DNA of 64,000 nucleotides from contig CANOWW010000008.1 in assembly GCA_947571115.1 (NCBI GenBank), positions 7,023 through 71,022 on the forward strand, read 5' to 3'. This document shows, in pieces, positions 1 to 10,306 of the stretch (position 1 is its first letter; the number at the start of each line of letters is the position of its first letter). Below the pieces are notes generated by a model that was not told the origin of the DNA, ran no database searches, and was given only the letters and a program-made list of their open reading frames with translations. The DNA is from an uncultured Clostridium sp. GTDB taxonomy: Bacteria > Bacillota > Clostridia > TANB77 > CAG-508. The translations under genes and the position numbers were made by a program.

Positions 1-1
1 A

Positions 2-511
2 TGGTGGACTTTAGTAGAAAAACATGACCATCTTTTAAGACAAGTTGTTCATTTACCATCCGATAATTTTCCGAAAAGCCAGAAAATTTATGTAAGTTTT
101 GACAAAGTGGTTTTATATAATGTAAACAAAGGAAATCCAATTACGATTGAATATGAGGATGAATATAACTTAGAATTTGATGTTTCAAAACAATTAAGTG
201 AAAGAAAAACGATTCAATATCAAGCTGTTGATGGAAATGATAAAATAATAGAGGCAAAATTAACCAATAGCGGATTAGGTATTTCACTCAAAACAGATCA
301 CTATGTACTAAGAGGCGAGGATTATCAAATCATTGATGAAGCAGGAAATGTTTATCAATTAGCCAATACCTATCCTTTACTAGACAGAGAAAAATTAGAC
401 ACAAAAAAAGATGAGTTTTTATTAGTTTTTGATATGACAATTTATAATGAATGTGATAAATTGTTTTTAAAAATGCCAGATGGGAAGAAAATTGAGTTAA
501 TGAAAAAATAA
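2..511 (+). CDS. 3' part of an anti-sigma-factor-like protein (DUF4179-type), truncated by window edge
   Basis: Frame open from base 2; FPKSQKIY motif and LTNSGL segment shared with the paralogs at 1188 and 2948. Confidence 0.65.
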   Translation, partial: WWTLVEKHDHLLRQVVHLPSDNFPKSQKIYVSFDKVVLYNVNKGNPITIEYEDEYNLEFDVSKQLSERKTIQYQAVDGNDKIIEAKLTNSGLGISLKTDHYVLRGEDYQIIDEAGNVYQLANTYPLLDREKLDTKKDEFLLVFDMTIYNECDKLFLKMPDGKKIELMKK

Positions 512-520
512 ATATTTGTG

Positions 521-552
521 AAAAGATTAGATAAATAAAAGTCTAATCTTTT
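521..552 (+). terminator. Intrinsic terminator-like hairpin, repeated after three anti-sigma genes
   Basis: AAAAGATTAGA...TCTAATCTTTT; near-identical copies at 2318-2355 and 4130-4165. Confidence 0.7.
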
Positions 553-640
553 AAATTTTTTCAAAAAATATGCAACCAAATGAAAAAATATGCTAATATA
601 CTTATGAAAGACGTCTTAAATAAAGGAGTTTAGAGGAAAA

Positions 641-1201
641 GTGGAACTGAAAAATAAGAAAATCTCCACTTATTTTTGGAAAGACAAATTATTGGTTGAA
701 GAAATAATGGAAGATTATACAAATTATATTTATACAATTATTCGAAATTTTTCCCTTAATTTATCAAAAGAAGATAAAGAGGAAATTGTGTTAGATGTAT
801 TTTTGACGCTTTGGAAAAATCAAGGTAAATTAGATAGAGAAAAAAGCATGTCAGCTTATATTGGTGGAATTACGAAAAATTTGATGAAATATAAATATAG
901 GCAAAATAAGCAACTGGGAAATATTGAAGATTTTGAAGAACAACTTATTGATTTTGCAAATCTGGAATTTATTTTAATGCAAAATGAAAAGGAAAAAATC
1001 ATTTCGAATGAATTGGAAAAACTGAAAAAAGAAGATAGAGAGATATTTATCGAGTATTATTATGGGGAAAAAAGTATAAGGGAAATTACGGAGATGTTTC
1101 ATATGTCAGAATCGAAGGTAAAATCGAAGTTATTTCGAGCCAGAAAAAAGTTAAATAAAGAATTCAATAAAAGGGGGTATGGTTCTAATGAAGAAGGATA
1201 A
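641..1201 (+). CDS. ECF RNA polymerase sigma factor
   Basis: Region 2 (EEIVLDVFLTLWKN) and region 4 (SIREITEMFHMSESKVKSKLFRARKKL) with no region 3. Confidence 0.9.
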   Translation: MELKNKKISTYFWKDKLLVEEIMEDYTNYIYTIIRNFSLNLSKEDKEEIVLDVFLTLWKNQGKLDREKSMSAYIGGITKNLMKYKYRQNKQLGNIEDFEEQLIDFANLEFILMQNEKEKIISNELEKLKKEDREIFIEYYYGEKSIREITEMFHMSESKVKSKLFRARKKLNKEFNKRGYGSNEEG

Positions 1202-2313
1202 ATTATTCAATGATTTTAAAAAGCGAGTTGCTATATCCAATTTTAAAGAAGAATATGAAAGGGAAGGAAAACAAGAAATGAAGAAATTAAAATTAGCAAA
1301 TATAGCAGCAGTTTTAGCGGTTGTAGTTGTAATAGGATGTGTGACGCCAACAATTTATGCAAAAATAAAGTGGAATATTGAATTTTACCAATATGAAGAA
1401 AGAGTTGAAACGCCAAGAGAAACGATTGATTATGCTAAAGAATCAGGATTTGCAGATAAAATAGAGGATGATTATGTTGTAAAAGATGGGGTTGGGATAA
1501 AATTAGAGTCATTTTTGGTGACGGATGATACATTAGATATGAGAGTTAAATTTAAATTTGCAGAAGAAACGGAAGTCAATTCGGGGACATTTGGGTTTGG
1601 GTATGTGATTTATGATGAAAATAAAAATATTTATGATTTGCAAACAAGAGAGGATTTAACTCAAAATCGAGATTCCATGATTTTTATTTTAAAAAGATTG
1701 GGCGCAAAATATGATCCCAATGCACTTTATGATACACTTTTAAACGATAGTAGCAGTATTCTAGCAGTAGAATCCATGGAACATAGAACAATTCGAAAAG
1801 ATATTACGGTAAGAGCAAAAGACGTTTTTCCAAAGAGTCAGAAAATCTACATTGAATTTTTTGATTTAGGTTATTTCATGTTGAATTTGGATGAAACACA
1901 TGAGGATTTTCCAATTACGGACAAAGAATGGATTTTTGAAAAAGATATGTCCGAAAAATTCACTGAAAGGCAAACACTTAATCTTGTATTAAAAGATGAA
2001 ATTCCAGATTTTCAAATTGAAAAATGTACGCTAACCGAATCCGGAATGGTGCTGGACTTTAAATCAGAAGAATATAGCAGATTAGTTGGTACAGTTAAAG
2101 AGGTAGATGGAGTGCGTATGGATCCTACCTGGAAAATGGTAACCATAACAGATACATCAGGAAAAGAATATGAAAATTTAGAAAGTGGAGGCACAGAAAA
2201 ACGGCACTTATAAAATGAACATTGATGCTGGTAAAAAAGATTTCGAAAAAAAATTGTTTGTGAATTTTGTCAGCAATGGTGAAAAATATACGAGTGAATT
2301 AATTGAAAAATAA
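1188..2313 (+). CDS. Membrane-anchored anti-sigma factor; needs +1 shift at CGG 2202-2204
   Basis: Overlaps ECF gene; one TM helix; the +1 frame gives GTYKMNIDAGKKDFEKKLFVNF..YTSELIEK*, matching the C-terminus of paralog 2948-4120. Confidence 0.8.
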
Positions 2314-2317
2314 GGGG

Positions 2318-2355
2318 AAAAAGATTAGATTTTTTTTAAAAGTCTAATCTTTTTT
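2318..2355 (+). terminator. Intrinsic terminator-like hairpin (copy 2)
   Basis: AAAAAGATTAGA...TCTAATCTTTTTT directly after the restored stop at 2313. Confidence 0.7.
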
Positions 2356-2421
2356 ATGATAAAATTAATTTTGTGAAACTTTTTGGCTAAAATAAAGGAT
2401 TATATAGTAAGGAGGGAAAAT

Positions 2422-2958
2422 GTGAGTATACAAGTGAAAGAAAAAGATTTTGAAGAAATTTATCAACGAACTTACTTAAATACGTTTAAATTTATTACGA
2501 TACATTGCTATGATGTCGCTGATATCAATGATATTTTGCAAGATACGTATGTAGAATTTTATAAAATTTTGTGCAAAAAACGAACTTTGGAAATGGAAAA
2601 AATTCAAAATTATATTTATGGGATTGCAAAGAATGTGATCAAAAGATATGGCACAAAAAAGAAAAATTTGGTTTGTTTGGTCAATGAAGAAAAGGAAGAT
2701 ATTGATGTGGCAGACACATTTGATTTAGAGCAAAATTTTATGGACAATCAAGATGTTAAAAAAGTCTGGAATTATATCCAAAACAAGGATTTGATGACTT
2801 CTAAAATATTTTATTTATATTTTGTTTTAGGCTTGAAAATTGTAGAAATTGCACAAGAATTAAAAGTGACGGAATCGAATGTGAAAAATAGGATTTATCG
2901 CACACAAAAAGAAATCCAAAAACATTTAGGAAAGGATGTGATAGAAAATGACCAATAA
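2422..2958 (+). CDS. ECF RNA polymerase sigma factor
   Basis: DILQDTYVEF region 2; IVEIAQELKVTESNVKNRIYR region 4; GTG start after GGAGGG RBS. Confidence 0.88.
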   Translation: MSIQVKEKDFEEIYQRTYLNTFKFITIHCYDVADINDILQDTYVEFYKILCKKRTLEMEKIQNYIYGIAKNVIKRYGTKKKNLVCLVNEEKEDIDVADTFDLEQNFMDNQDVKKVWNYIQNKDLMTSKIFYLYFVLGLKIVEIAQELKVTESNVKNRIYRTQKEIQKHLGKDVIENDQ

Positions 2959-4120
2959 AATTTGGAAAAAATATGTTGACGAAATACACAATCAAGATGC
3001 AAATTTTGAGAAAATTCGTTTGAGAACGAAAGGAGTGATGAATATGAAAAAGAAACTATTAAATATGGCAGCGGTTTTTGTTGCAATTGTGGTAATTGGG
3101 GCGACTTCTAGTCAAATTTATGCACAAATTAAATGGAATGTTGAATTTAAGAATTATCAAAATGGACCAGTTGGAGAGGCAAAAGGCAATTTGGAGATCG
3201 TAAGAGATTCGGATTATGCGGAAGTTTTGAATATGGATTATGTAACGCAAGATGGGGTTAGCGTCAAAGTGGATTCTATTTTGTTAACAGACGATTGTTT
3301 GGATGCTAATCTGACATTTCAATTTGCCGAAGATAAACAAGTTAATGCACAGACATTTCGTTATGGTTTTGCGGTTTATGATGAAAACAAGAATATATAT
3401 GGTGTTTTCTCTGGTATTACTTCTAAATTGCGTGTTGGAGATAAAGATAATACGGTTCCATTTTTGTATAAAGATTTGGGCATCAAATATAATAAAAATG
3501 ACCTTTATTCGATGGAACTTAGCGATGGAGCAAGCACTGGACCGATTGAAGTAAAGGAACAAGAACGAACGATACAGACCAATATTAATTTACGTGCCAA
3601 AGATGCTTTCCCACAAAGCAAAAAATTGTATATCCGAATTTTTGATTTAGGTTACGATATGTATGATTTGGATTCTGTTAATCCAGAAAAACATACAATT
3701 AATACGATAGAATATTTTGAAATTACAGATGCAAAATGGATTTTTGAAATTGATGTTCCAGAGAAATTTTATGAAAGAAATACCTTGGAATTAAAATTAG
3801 CGCAAGAAATTCCAGATTTTGAAATCGAGAAGGCAACTTTGACAGAAACAAGTTTAGTGCTACGTTTTAAATCAAAAGCATATAATGATTTTGTAACTGC
3901 TGGTAAAGATTTTGAAGGAAATTTGGGAGAGTCTATGACAGCAATGTTAAATATTACAGATGCCGAAGGAAACGTTTATCAAGATATTGGCGGTGGAAGC
4001 AATGGCGAAAATGGCTATAAAATCACTTGGGATGCTGGAAAAAAAGATTTGGAGAAAAAATTATTCGTTAATTTTACAGTGGATGGACAAAAATATACGA
4101 GTGAATTGGTTGAAAAATAA
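2948..4120 (+). CDS. Membrane-anchored anti-sigma factor (DUF4179-like)
   Basis: Overlaps ECF gene; N-terminal TM helix; paralogous to 1188-2313 over its full length. Confidence 0.75.
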   Translation: MTNKIWKKYVDEIHNQDANFEKIRLRTKGVMNMKKKLLNMAAVFVAIVVIGATSSQIYAQIKWNVEFKNYQNGPVGEAKGNLEIVRDSDYAEVLNMDYVTQDGVSVKVDSILLTDDCLDANLTFQFAEDKQVNAQTFRYGFAVYDENKNIYGVFSGITSKLRVGDKDNTVPFLYKDLGIKYNKNDLYSMELSDGASTGPIEVKEQERTIQTNINLRAKDAFPQSKKLYIRIFDLGYDMYDLDSVNPEKHTINTIEYFEITDAKWIFEIDVPEKFYERNTLELKLAQEIPDFEIEKATLTETSLVLRFKSKAYNDFVTAGKDFEGNLGESMTAMLNITDAEGNVYQDIGGGSNGENGYKITWDAGKKDLEKKLFVNFTVDGQKYTSELVEK

Positions 4121-4129
4121 AGGATGATG

Positions 4130-4165
4130 AAAAGATTAGATTTTGATAAAAGTCTAATCTTTTTT
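4130..4165 (+). terminator. Intrinsic terminator-like hairpin (copy 3)
   Basis: AAAAGATTAGA...TCTAATCTTTTTT. Confidence 0.7.
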
Positions 4166-4242
4166 ATGATAAAAAATTGAAAATTCATGCAACAAAACAA
4201 AAACATAAACCATCTAATAGTTATAAAGTATGCATACCAAAA

Positions 4243-4782
4243 ATGGAGGATGAAGGAGTGGAAGAACTTGTAAAAAAAGCCAAGAAGAATGATGAAGATG
4301 CTTTTAATAAACTGATATTGCTGACCCAAAAAGAAATGTATTTAATTGCAAAAACGAAGCTCAAAAATGAAGACGACATAGCAGATGCGATTCAAGAAAC
4401 AATTCTTTCTTGTTATAAAAATTTACGAAAATTGCGAAAGAATCAATTTTTTAAAACTTGGCTGATAAAAATTTTAATGAATGAATGTAATAAAATTTAT
4501 AAAAAGAGGAGAAAACAAAATATTTCCTATGAAGAAAAAGAGATAGAAAATTATTTGATAACAGAAGATCTTTCTTTTGAACATATCAGCTTTGATCTGT
4601 TAATCCGAAATTTAAACGATGAAGAAAAATTAATTTTGACCTTATATTATTATGTCGGCTATTCGACAAAAGAAATTAGCAAACTATTGAAATTAAAGGA
4701 AAGTACGTGCCGAAGTAAAATTGCTCGTGCGAAGCTAAAACTAAGAAATGAGTATGAAGGAGGTAATTATGGAACCGATTGA
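4243..4782 (+). CDS. ECF RNA polymerase sigma factor
   Basis: DAIQETIL, FKTWLIKILMNEC and STKEISKLLKLKESTCRSKIARA motifs; start uncertain (4243 or 4258). Confidence 0.9.
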   Translation: MEDEGVEELVKKAKKNDEDAFNKLILLTQKEMYLIAKTKLKNEDDIADAIQETILSCYKNLRKLRKNQFFKTWLIKILMNECNKIYKKRRKQNISYEEKEIENYLITEDLSFEHISFDLLIRNLNDEEKLILTLYYYVGYSTKEISKLLKLKESTCRSKIARAKLKLRNEYEGGNYGTD

Positions 4783-6325
4783 AGAAATCATAAAATTGGT
4801 CTGTGAAAATGAGATTAAAATTCCAAGCAAAATTCAAAATAGAATCCAATATACTTTACAAAATAAAAGAAAATCGAAACATTATCTGCGAAATTTTATC
4901 ACAACAATTTTGTCTGTCCTTGGCACATTAGTAGGAACGTTTTGTGTCTATGCAGCAACTGGTGGAACCATTGAAGGAATTCCTGCGACGGATTGGTTTG
5001 GACTGAAATTTTCCAGTCAATATGTGGAATATAAGCAACCAGTTGAAAATCAAGTGGCAGCTTTTGGTGACACGAGTGTGGAGCTAACCTCAACGCTTTG
5101 TAGTGAAGGAATTACGATTTTGGAATTCGATGTGAAACTAAGTCAGGAGGATTATAACAATTTTCAATTAGGAAAAACGGCAGATACCGAAGAATTTTAT
5201 CAAAAAATTCAAGAACTAAAAGAACATGAAAAACAACATTTAATGAAACGAATTCAAGGAGATAAATATGGGAGCTCTTTTTCAAACGAAACAGACGAAG
5301 AAATTGATGCCATTTTAGGCAGCTTTGAAGTAACCGAAGAGGAAATGAAAAATTCAGAGTATTATCAAGAATATTTAGAGAGAATAAAACAATATGATAA
5401 GCAAATCGAAGAAAGAAAAACAACAGGTTATCGTCTAGCTTTAGCACTGAATACAGAGCAAAAAGGCGGAACGTACACGTACGACAAATTTAACCCTAAT
5501 ATGGATTGGTATGCCAGTATTTACATTGATGATACGCCATATTATGTGAGAAATTGGCAAAAAGTACAAAAAATAAGTGATTACGAGTATAAAATTTATA
5601 CGATGTATTCCTTAACAGATGATGAATTACAAGGCAAAGAAAATTTCAAGATTACGTTGAAAAATAATAAATTAGTTAATCAAGTGGCTTGGAAAAGTTT
5701 AGGAGATAATTGGCTGAATGATTGTCAAGGTTTTGCGAACGAAGGAAATCTTTTGGATTACGGTTCGGAATTGAAAAAGTACACAAAAGATTTGCTATTA
5801 GATTTTGAAGTAAATGTTTCGAAAGATGCAATTTTAGAAGAGAGCAAAGTTATTGAAAATCCAGGCATAAAATCAGAGTTTCGAAACATTACGCAAACCA
5901 TCGAAAAAGTGGTTGATTCACCAATCCAAACCATTGTGAAAATCAACCATTCAGCCAGCAAACAAGCTTCTAATGCTTTTGCCAATAAATATCCAGGAAA
6001 GCCAGATATTGAACATCTGCCAATGACAAGAGAATATAAAGTATACGATGCCAATGGAAAAGAGCTAACTTGTTTTGCGACAGCCAACAAAAATACTTTA
6101 ATTTATGCCAATGGAAAGAGAGAAGATTATGATTCACATGATATACCAAACAAGAAATATAGTGATGCAACTTGGGAAACAATAGAATATTTGCTCATTG
6201 AGAAAACAGATACCGATTTTATTAAAATTGTGCCAGTAGAAATTGTTCGAAATCCTGTGAACGGAGAGGAAGAAACAGGGGAAATTCTTTATGAAATGGA
6301 ACCATTAATTATTCATTTAAAATAG
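4769..6325 (+). CDS. Putative anti-sigma factor with large extracytoplasmic domain
   Basis: Coupled to ECF gene; TM helix ending VYAAT; GGAGG RBS. Confidence 0.65.
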   Translation: MEPIEEIIKLVCENEIKIPSKIQNRIQYTLQNKRKSKHYLRNFITTILSVLGTLVGTFCVYAATGGTIEGIPATDWFGLKFSSQYVEYKQPVENQVAAFGDTSVELTSTLCSEGITILEFDVKLSQEDYNNFQLGKTADTEEFYQKIQELKEHEKQHLMKRIQGDKYGSSFSNETDEEIDAILGSFEVTEEEMKNSEYYQEYLERIKQYDKQIEERKTTGYRLALALNTEQKGGTYTYDKFNPNMDWYASIYIDDTPYYVRNWQKVQKISDYEYKIYTMYSLTDDELQGKENFKITLKNNKLVNQVAWKSLGDNWLNDCQGFANEGNLLDYGSELKKYTKDLLLDFEVNVSKDAILEESKVIENPGIKSEFRNITQTIEKVVDSPIQTIVKINHSASKQASNAFANKYPGKPDIEHLPMTREYKVYDANGKELTCFATANKNTLIYANGKREDYDSHDIPNKKYSDATWETIEYLLIEKTDTDFIKIVPVEIVRNPVNGEEETGEILYEMEPLIIHLK

Positions 6326-6341
6326 AGATTTACAAAAGAAA

Positions 6342-7547
6342 ATGGAGGAAAATATGAATGATTTGAAAAGATTTTTTAGGGTTGCTATGCTAATCGGAAT
6401 AATAGCATTTTCAAGTATTAGCATCGTATTTGCGACAACCGAATCTGAATTAAAAAGTAAAAAAAATAGTATTGATGAACAAATTGCTGAAACCAACTCA
6501 GAAATTGCTGGCGTAAAAAGTAAAATGACAGATGCTTTAACACAAATCAATCAATTAAATTCACAAATTAGTTCTTATGAAAATGAAATTGAAAGCCTAG
6601 AGATTCAATTATCTACGCTTAATACACAAATAGAAGAAAAAGAAGCTAACATACAAGCACAAGAGGAAAAATATCAGGAACAAAAAGAATTATTAGAAAA
6701 AAGACTGGTTGCTTTATATGAATCAGGTAGTGTTTCTTACTTGGATATGTTACTTTCTGCTGAGAATTTGAGTGACTTTATTTCAAAGTATTATGTGCTT
6801 GAACAAATAGCAGAATTTGACCAAGAATTATTGCAGGGAATTGAAAATACGAAAAATGAAATATCAACGCAAAAAGAAGAATTGGAGAATTCCCAAAAAA
6901 TAGTTGCTAGTTCGAAAGAAACGATTGAAGTAAAGAAAAATTCATTAGATGTATCAATAAAAGACAAAAATAATTTGGTAGGTACGTTAACAGCAGAAGA
7001 AAAGGCGTTAAATAAACAATTAGAGCAATTTGAAGCAGACAAAAAAGAGATACAAGATGAACTTGGAAAAATTGCTAAAAGGGAGGCTTCAAAAAAATCG
7101 CCAAGTAAGGATACATCTTACGTAGAACCGAGTTCTTGTGGATACATATTTCCTGTGTCTGGACTTTCGAAAGCCAATATAAACAACAAAAATTATCCAT
7201 CTTATGATGGTCATAATGGGGTGGATGTCAATATTGGCGTTGTAGGAAAAAATGTGGTTGCTGTGAAAAGTGGGACAGTTGAAACATCTAAAGCTTTAAA
7301 AAATCCAGATGGATCGTATCGAAGTTATGGCGAATATGTAACGATAAATCATCATGATGGAACGCAAACTTTGTATGCTCATTTGTTGGCAGGTTCTAGG
7401 AAAGTATCGCCTGGGCAAGAAGTAACGCAGGGGCAAATAATAGGAATTGTAGGTAGCACGGGAAATTCGACAGGACCGCATTTGCATTTTGGAGTTTATA
7501 TTAATGCAAAGCGCTCGTTTGTAAATCCTCTTCGTTATTTGCCTTGA
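6342..7547 (+). CDS. Secreted coiled-coil M23 peptidoglycan endopeptidase (EnvC/CwlO-like architecture)
   Basis: Signal peptide, long coiled coil, HNGVD and STGPHLHF M23 motifs. Confidence 0.9.
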   Translation: MEENMNDLKRFFRVAMLIGIIAFSSISIVFATTESELKSKKNSIDEQIAETNSEIAGVKSKMTDALTQINQLNSQISSYENEIESLEIQLSTLNTQIEEKEANIQAQEEKYQEQKELLEKRLVALYESGSVSYLDMLLSAENLSDFISKYYVLEQIAEFDQELLQGIENTKNEISTQKEELENSQKIVASSKETIEVKKNSLDVSIKDKNNLVGTLTAEEKALNKQLEQFEADKKEIQDELGKIAKREASKKSPSKDTSYVEPSSCGYIFPVSGLSKANINNKNYPSYDGHNGVDVNIGVVGKNVVAVKSGTVETSKALKNPDGSYRSYGEYVTINHHDGTQTLYAHLLAGSRKVSPGQEVTQGQIIGIVGSTGNSTGPHLHFGVYINAKRSFVNPLRYLP

Positions 7548-7562
7548 AATTCGTTATAAATT

Positions 7563-7598
7563 TAGATAGTTAGTTGGTATTGCTAATTATCTATTTTT
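7563..7598 (+). terminator. Intrinsic terminator-like hairpin
   Basis: TAGATAGTTAG...CTAATTATCTA followed by T-run. Confidence 0.55.
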
Positions 7599-7663
7599 AT
7601 GTTAATATTATAGTATAGTAATACATTTTCTAACAAAAAATAAAAGTGAAAGGGAGTAAAAAG

Positions 7664-8332
7664 ATGAAGAATTATGATGTAACAGTGATTATACCAGCTA
7701 GAAATGAAGAAAAAACAATTGTTGAAGTAATAGAAAATGTAAAGCAATCTAAAATTGTTAAACAAATTATCGTTGTTAATAATGCTTCAGTTGATTATAC
7801 TGCGAAGTATGCAAAAGAAGCTGGTGCTGAAGTTGTTGATTGTAATCAACAAGGAAAAGGAAATGCAATGAAATGTGGAATGCGATATGCCAAAAACAAT
7901 ATAATTGTATTTATTGATGCAGATATTAAAGGGTATTCTGAAAACTTGATTGATGTATTGACAAGACCTTTAGTTCAAAATGAGTCTGATTTTGTCAAAT
8001 CAACATTTGAACGTACGCAAGGTGGTACAGTAACAGAAATTGTAGTAAAACCTTTATTAAATTTATTATTTCCAGATATGTATTCGTTTTCTGAGCCAAT
8101 TAGTGGGATGATTGCAACAAGAAAAAGTATTTTGGATGAGTTAGAATTTGAAGATGATTATGGTGTTGATATTGGAATATTGATTGATGTAATAAAAAAA
8201 GGATATCGAGTTAAAGAAATGAATATTGGAAAAATAGAAAATATGTCCCATGTTTCTAAAAATAATGAAAGAATGAGGAAAATGTCTACTGAAATTATAA
8301 AAGCTATTTTGAAAAGAGTTCATATAGATTAA
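7664..8332 (+). CDS. GT2 glycosyltransferase, glucosyl-3-phosphoglycerate synthase (GpgS)-like
   Basis: IPARNEE, GKGNAM, FIDAD, GGTVTE..VKPLL, EPISG, YGVDIGILID motifs. Confidence 0.75.
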   Translation: MKNYDVTVIIPARNEEKTIVEVIENVKQSKIVKQIIVVNNASVDYTAKYAKEAGAEVVDCNQQGKGNAMKCGMRYAKNNIIVFIDADIKGYSENLIDVLTRPLVQNESDFVKSTFERTQGGTVTEIVVKPLLNLLFPDMYSFSEPISGMIATRKSILDELEFEDDYGVDIGILIDVIKKGYRVKEMNIGKIENMSHVSKNNERMRKMSTEIIKAILKRVHID

Positions 8333-8347
8333 GGAGATAAGTGGAAA

Positions 8348-8896
8348 ATGGAGATATTTGTAGTAAGGCATGGACAAACAGATTATAATGTAAAACATTT
8401 ATTTCAGGGATATAGTGACATTCCCTTAAATGATATTGGAATGGAACAAGCAAAAGAAACAGCACGTAAATTTGAAAATATAAGGATTGATTTAATTTTG
8501 GTTTCTCCATTAAAAAGAGCATTGCAAACAGCTGAATATATAAAAAATGTAACAAAGTCTCAAATGATTATAGAAGATAGGCTAATTGAAAGATGTTTTG
8601 GTAATATGGAAGGACATGAAAATAGGAAAGATTGGAATATTCAAATGATGTTAGATTATGATAAAAATTATAAAAAAGAAAATATTGAACCAATTCAAGA
8701 ATTTTTTAAGCGAATTTATGATTTTTTAGAAGATATAACAGAAAAATATGCAGATAAAACAATTGTATTAGTAACACATGGAGCTGTTTCACAACCAATT
8801 GAATGTTATTTTAAGGGGATGCCAGATAATAGAGATTTTGAGAATTTTGAAAATTTGACTTTAAAAAATTGCGAGATTAGACGATATATTGTATAG
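8348..8896 (+). CDS. Histidine phosphatase (phosphoglycerate mutase family)
   Basis: RHGQT, SPLKRALQTA, LVTHG motifs. Confidence 0.9.
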   Translation: MEIFVVRHGQTDYNVKHLFQGYSDIPLNDIGMEQAKETARKFENIRIDLILVSPLKRALQTAEYIKNVTKSQMIIEDRLIERCFGNMEGHENRKDWNIQMMLDYDKNYKKENIEPIQEFFKRIYDFLEDITEKYADKTIVLVTHGAVSQPIECYFKGMPDNRDFENFENLTLKNCEIRRYIV

Positions 8897-8914
8897 GAAG
8901 GCAGGAACATTAAA

Positions 8915-9787
8915 ATGAAAAATAAATCATACATAACTGTTTTAAGCACCGAAAATTATTTAAAGGGAGTGTTGTGTTTAATAGAATCATTAAAAAGAAC
9001 AAACACGAAATATCCAATTAGTGTATTAGTAACAGACAACATTTCTTCAACGATAGAAGGAGTATTGAAACAAAATAAGGTCAATGTTATAAGAAAAAAT
9101 AAAGTGTGTGTTCCAAAATCAATTAAAATGAAAAATCAAATGGGAAACTTTGAGCATTGGACAAATACATTTGATAAATTGCAAATTTTTGAATTAACGG
9201 AATTTCAGAAATTAGTCTATTTAGATAGTGATATGTATGTAAGGAAAAATATTGATGAATTATTTGAAAAAGAAAGCATGTCTGCAACAATAGACAGACC
9301 AACAGGGCCAATATTTTTGGATGATTATGAAATAAAATTAACCTCAGGTATAATGGTAATTGAACCCGAAGAAGGAATACTTCAAACTTTTATGAACATT
9401 CTTTCTACGATAGAGAATAAGAGAGAAAACGTTGGAGATCAAGATATTTTACAAGAATATGATAAGGATTGGGGAAGAAAAAAAGAGCTACATTTAGATG
9501 TTAAGTATAATATGTTTTTTCCACATATGGATTATTATACTCATTATAAGAATTATACAATAAATGATTTATTTGTAGTTCATTTTATTTTAAATATAAA
9601 ACCGTTTCAACTTTCAAAAGAACAGTTTTCACAATATATGAAATGGATTGAAAATGGAAAACAAAAAATTTATGAGAGGTTTAAGATGAATTTTCCATAT
9701 CATTATATGAAGTGTGGAAATAATGATGAAAAGAAAATTTTGCAGGAGTATTTTCAAATATTAGAAAAGATAGAAAGTACATTCTAG
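8915..9787 (+). CDS. GT8 glycosyltransferase (glycogenin/galactinol synthase-like)
   Basis: YLKGVLCL, TFDKL..FELTEF..VYLDSD, GDQDIL, HF..KP motifs. Confidence 0.8.
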   Translation: MKNKSYITVLSTENYLKGVLCLIESLKRTNTKYPISVLVTDNISSTIEGVLKQNKVNVIRKNKVCVPKSIKMKNQMGNFEHWTNTFDKLQIFELTEFQKLVYLDSDMYVRKNIDELFEKESMSATIDRPTGPIFLDDYEIKLTSGIMVIEPEEGILQTFMNILSTIENKRENVGDQDILQEYDKDWGRKKELHLDVKYNMFFPHMDYYTHYKNYTINDLFVVHFILNIKPFQLSKEQFSQYMKWIENGKQKIYERFKMNFPYHYMKCGNNDEKKILQEYFQILEKIESTF

Positions 9788-9838
9788 AGAAGAAAGAGGT
9801 GTGAAACAGATAAATACAGTTCGATGGAGGAGTATTAG

Positions 9839-10306
9839 ATGAAGCAATGTAAATTCAAATTTTATTACATAAGCCAAGAATATATAAATCACATAAGAAA
9901 AATTGATGATAAAGTATCTACGAAAAATCGACCATATTTAGGAATTGTATTCAAGAATCAAAATTATATTTATTTAGCACCCCTTTATTCAGCGAGAGAA
10001 AAGCACAAAAGATACAATATGAATAATATCTTTTTCAGAATATATGATTATTACGATAAGTATATTGGTTTAATTAGATTTTCAAATATGATTCCAGTTC
10101 CTCCAATTTATCTCGAAGAAATCAGTTATGATTTTTCAAATAAGTTATATCAAGAGTATTTTTATATTTCTAAACATGAAATCCAAATAAAGAAAAAGGC
10201 AAAGTATGTGTATGAAAATTATAAAGATTATAAAGATTTATGTGTAGATTTTAAGAAGATTGAAAAAAGAATGAAAAGAGTTAGTAAGGGTATTGGCATT
10301 CCATAA
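9839..10306 (+). CDS. ToxN/AbiQ-family type III toxin-like endoribonuclease
   Basis: YINHIRKIDDKV, RPYLGIV, YLAPLYS..KH, GLIRFSNMIPVP motifs. Confidence 0.75.
   Translation: MKQCKFKFYYISQEYINHIRKIDDKVSTKNRPYLGIVFKNQNYIYLAPLYSAREKHKRYNMNNIFFRIYDYYDKYIGLIRFSNMIPVPPIYLEEISYDFSNKLYQEYFYISKHEIQIKKKAKYVYENYKDYKDLCVDFKKIEKRMKRVSKGIGIP

Noticed and set aside
7548-7663. attL at the compositional change after the M23 gene
   Set aside because: No direct repeat of the secA-derived core at 49797 was found here; the left boundary remains unproven.
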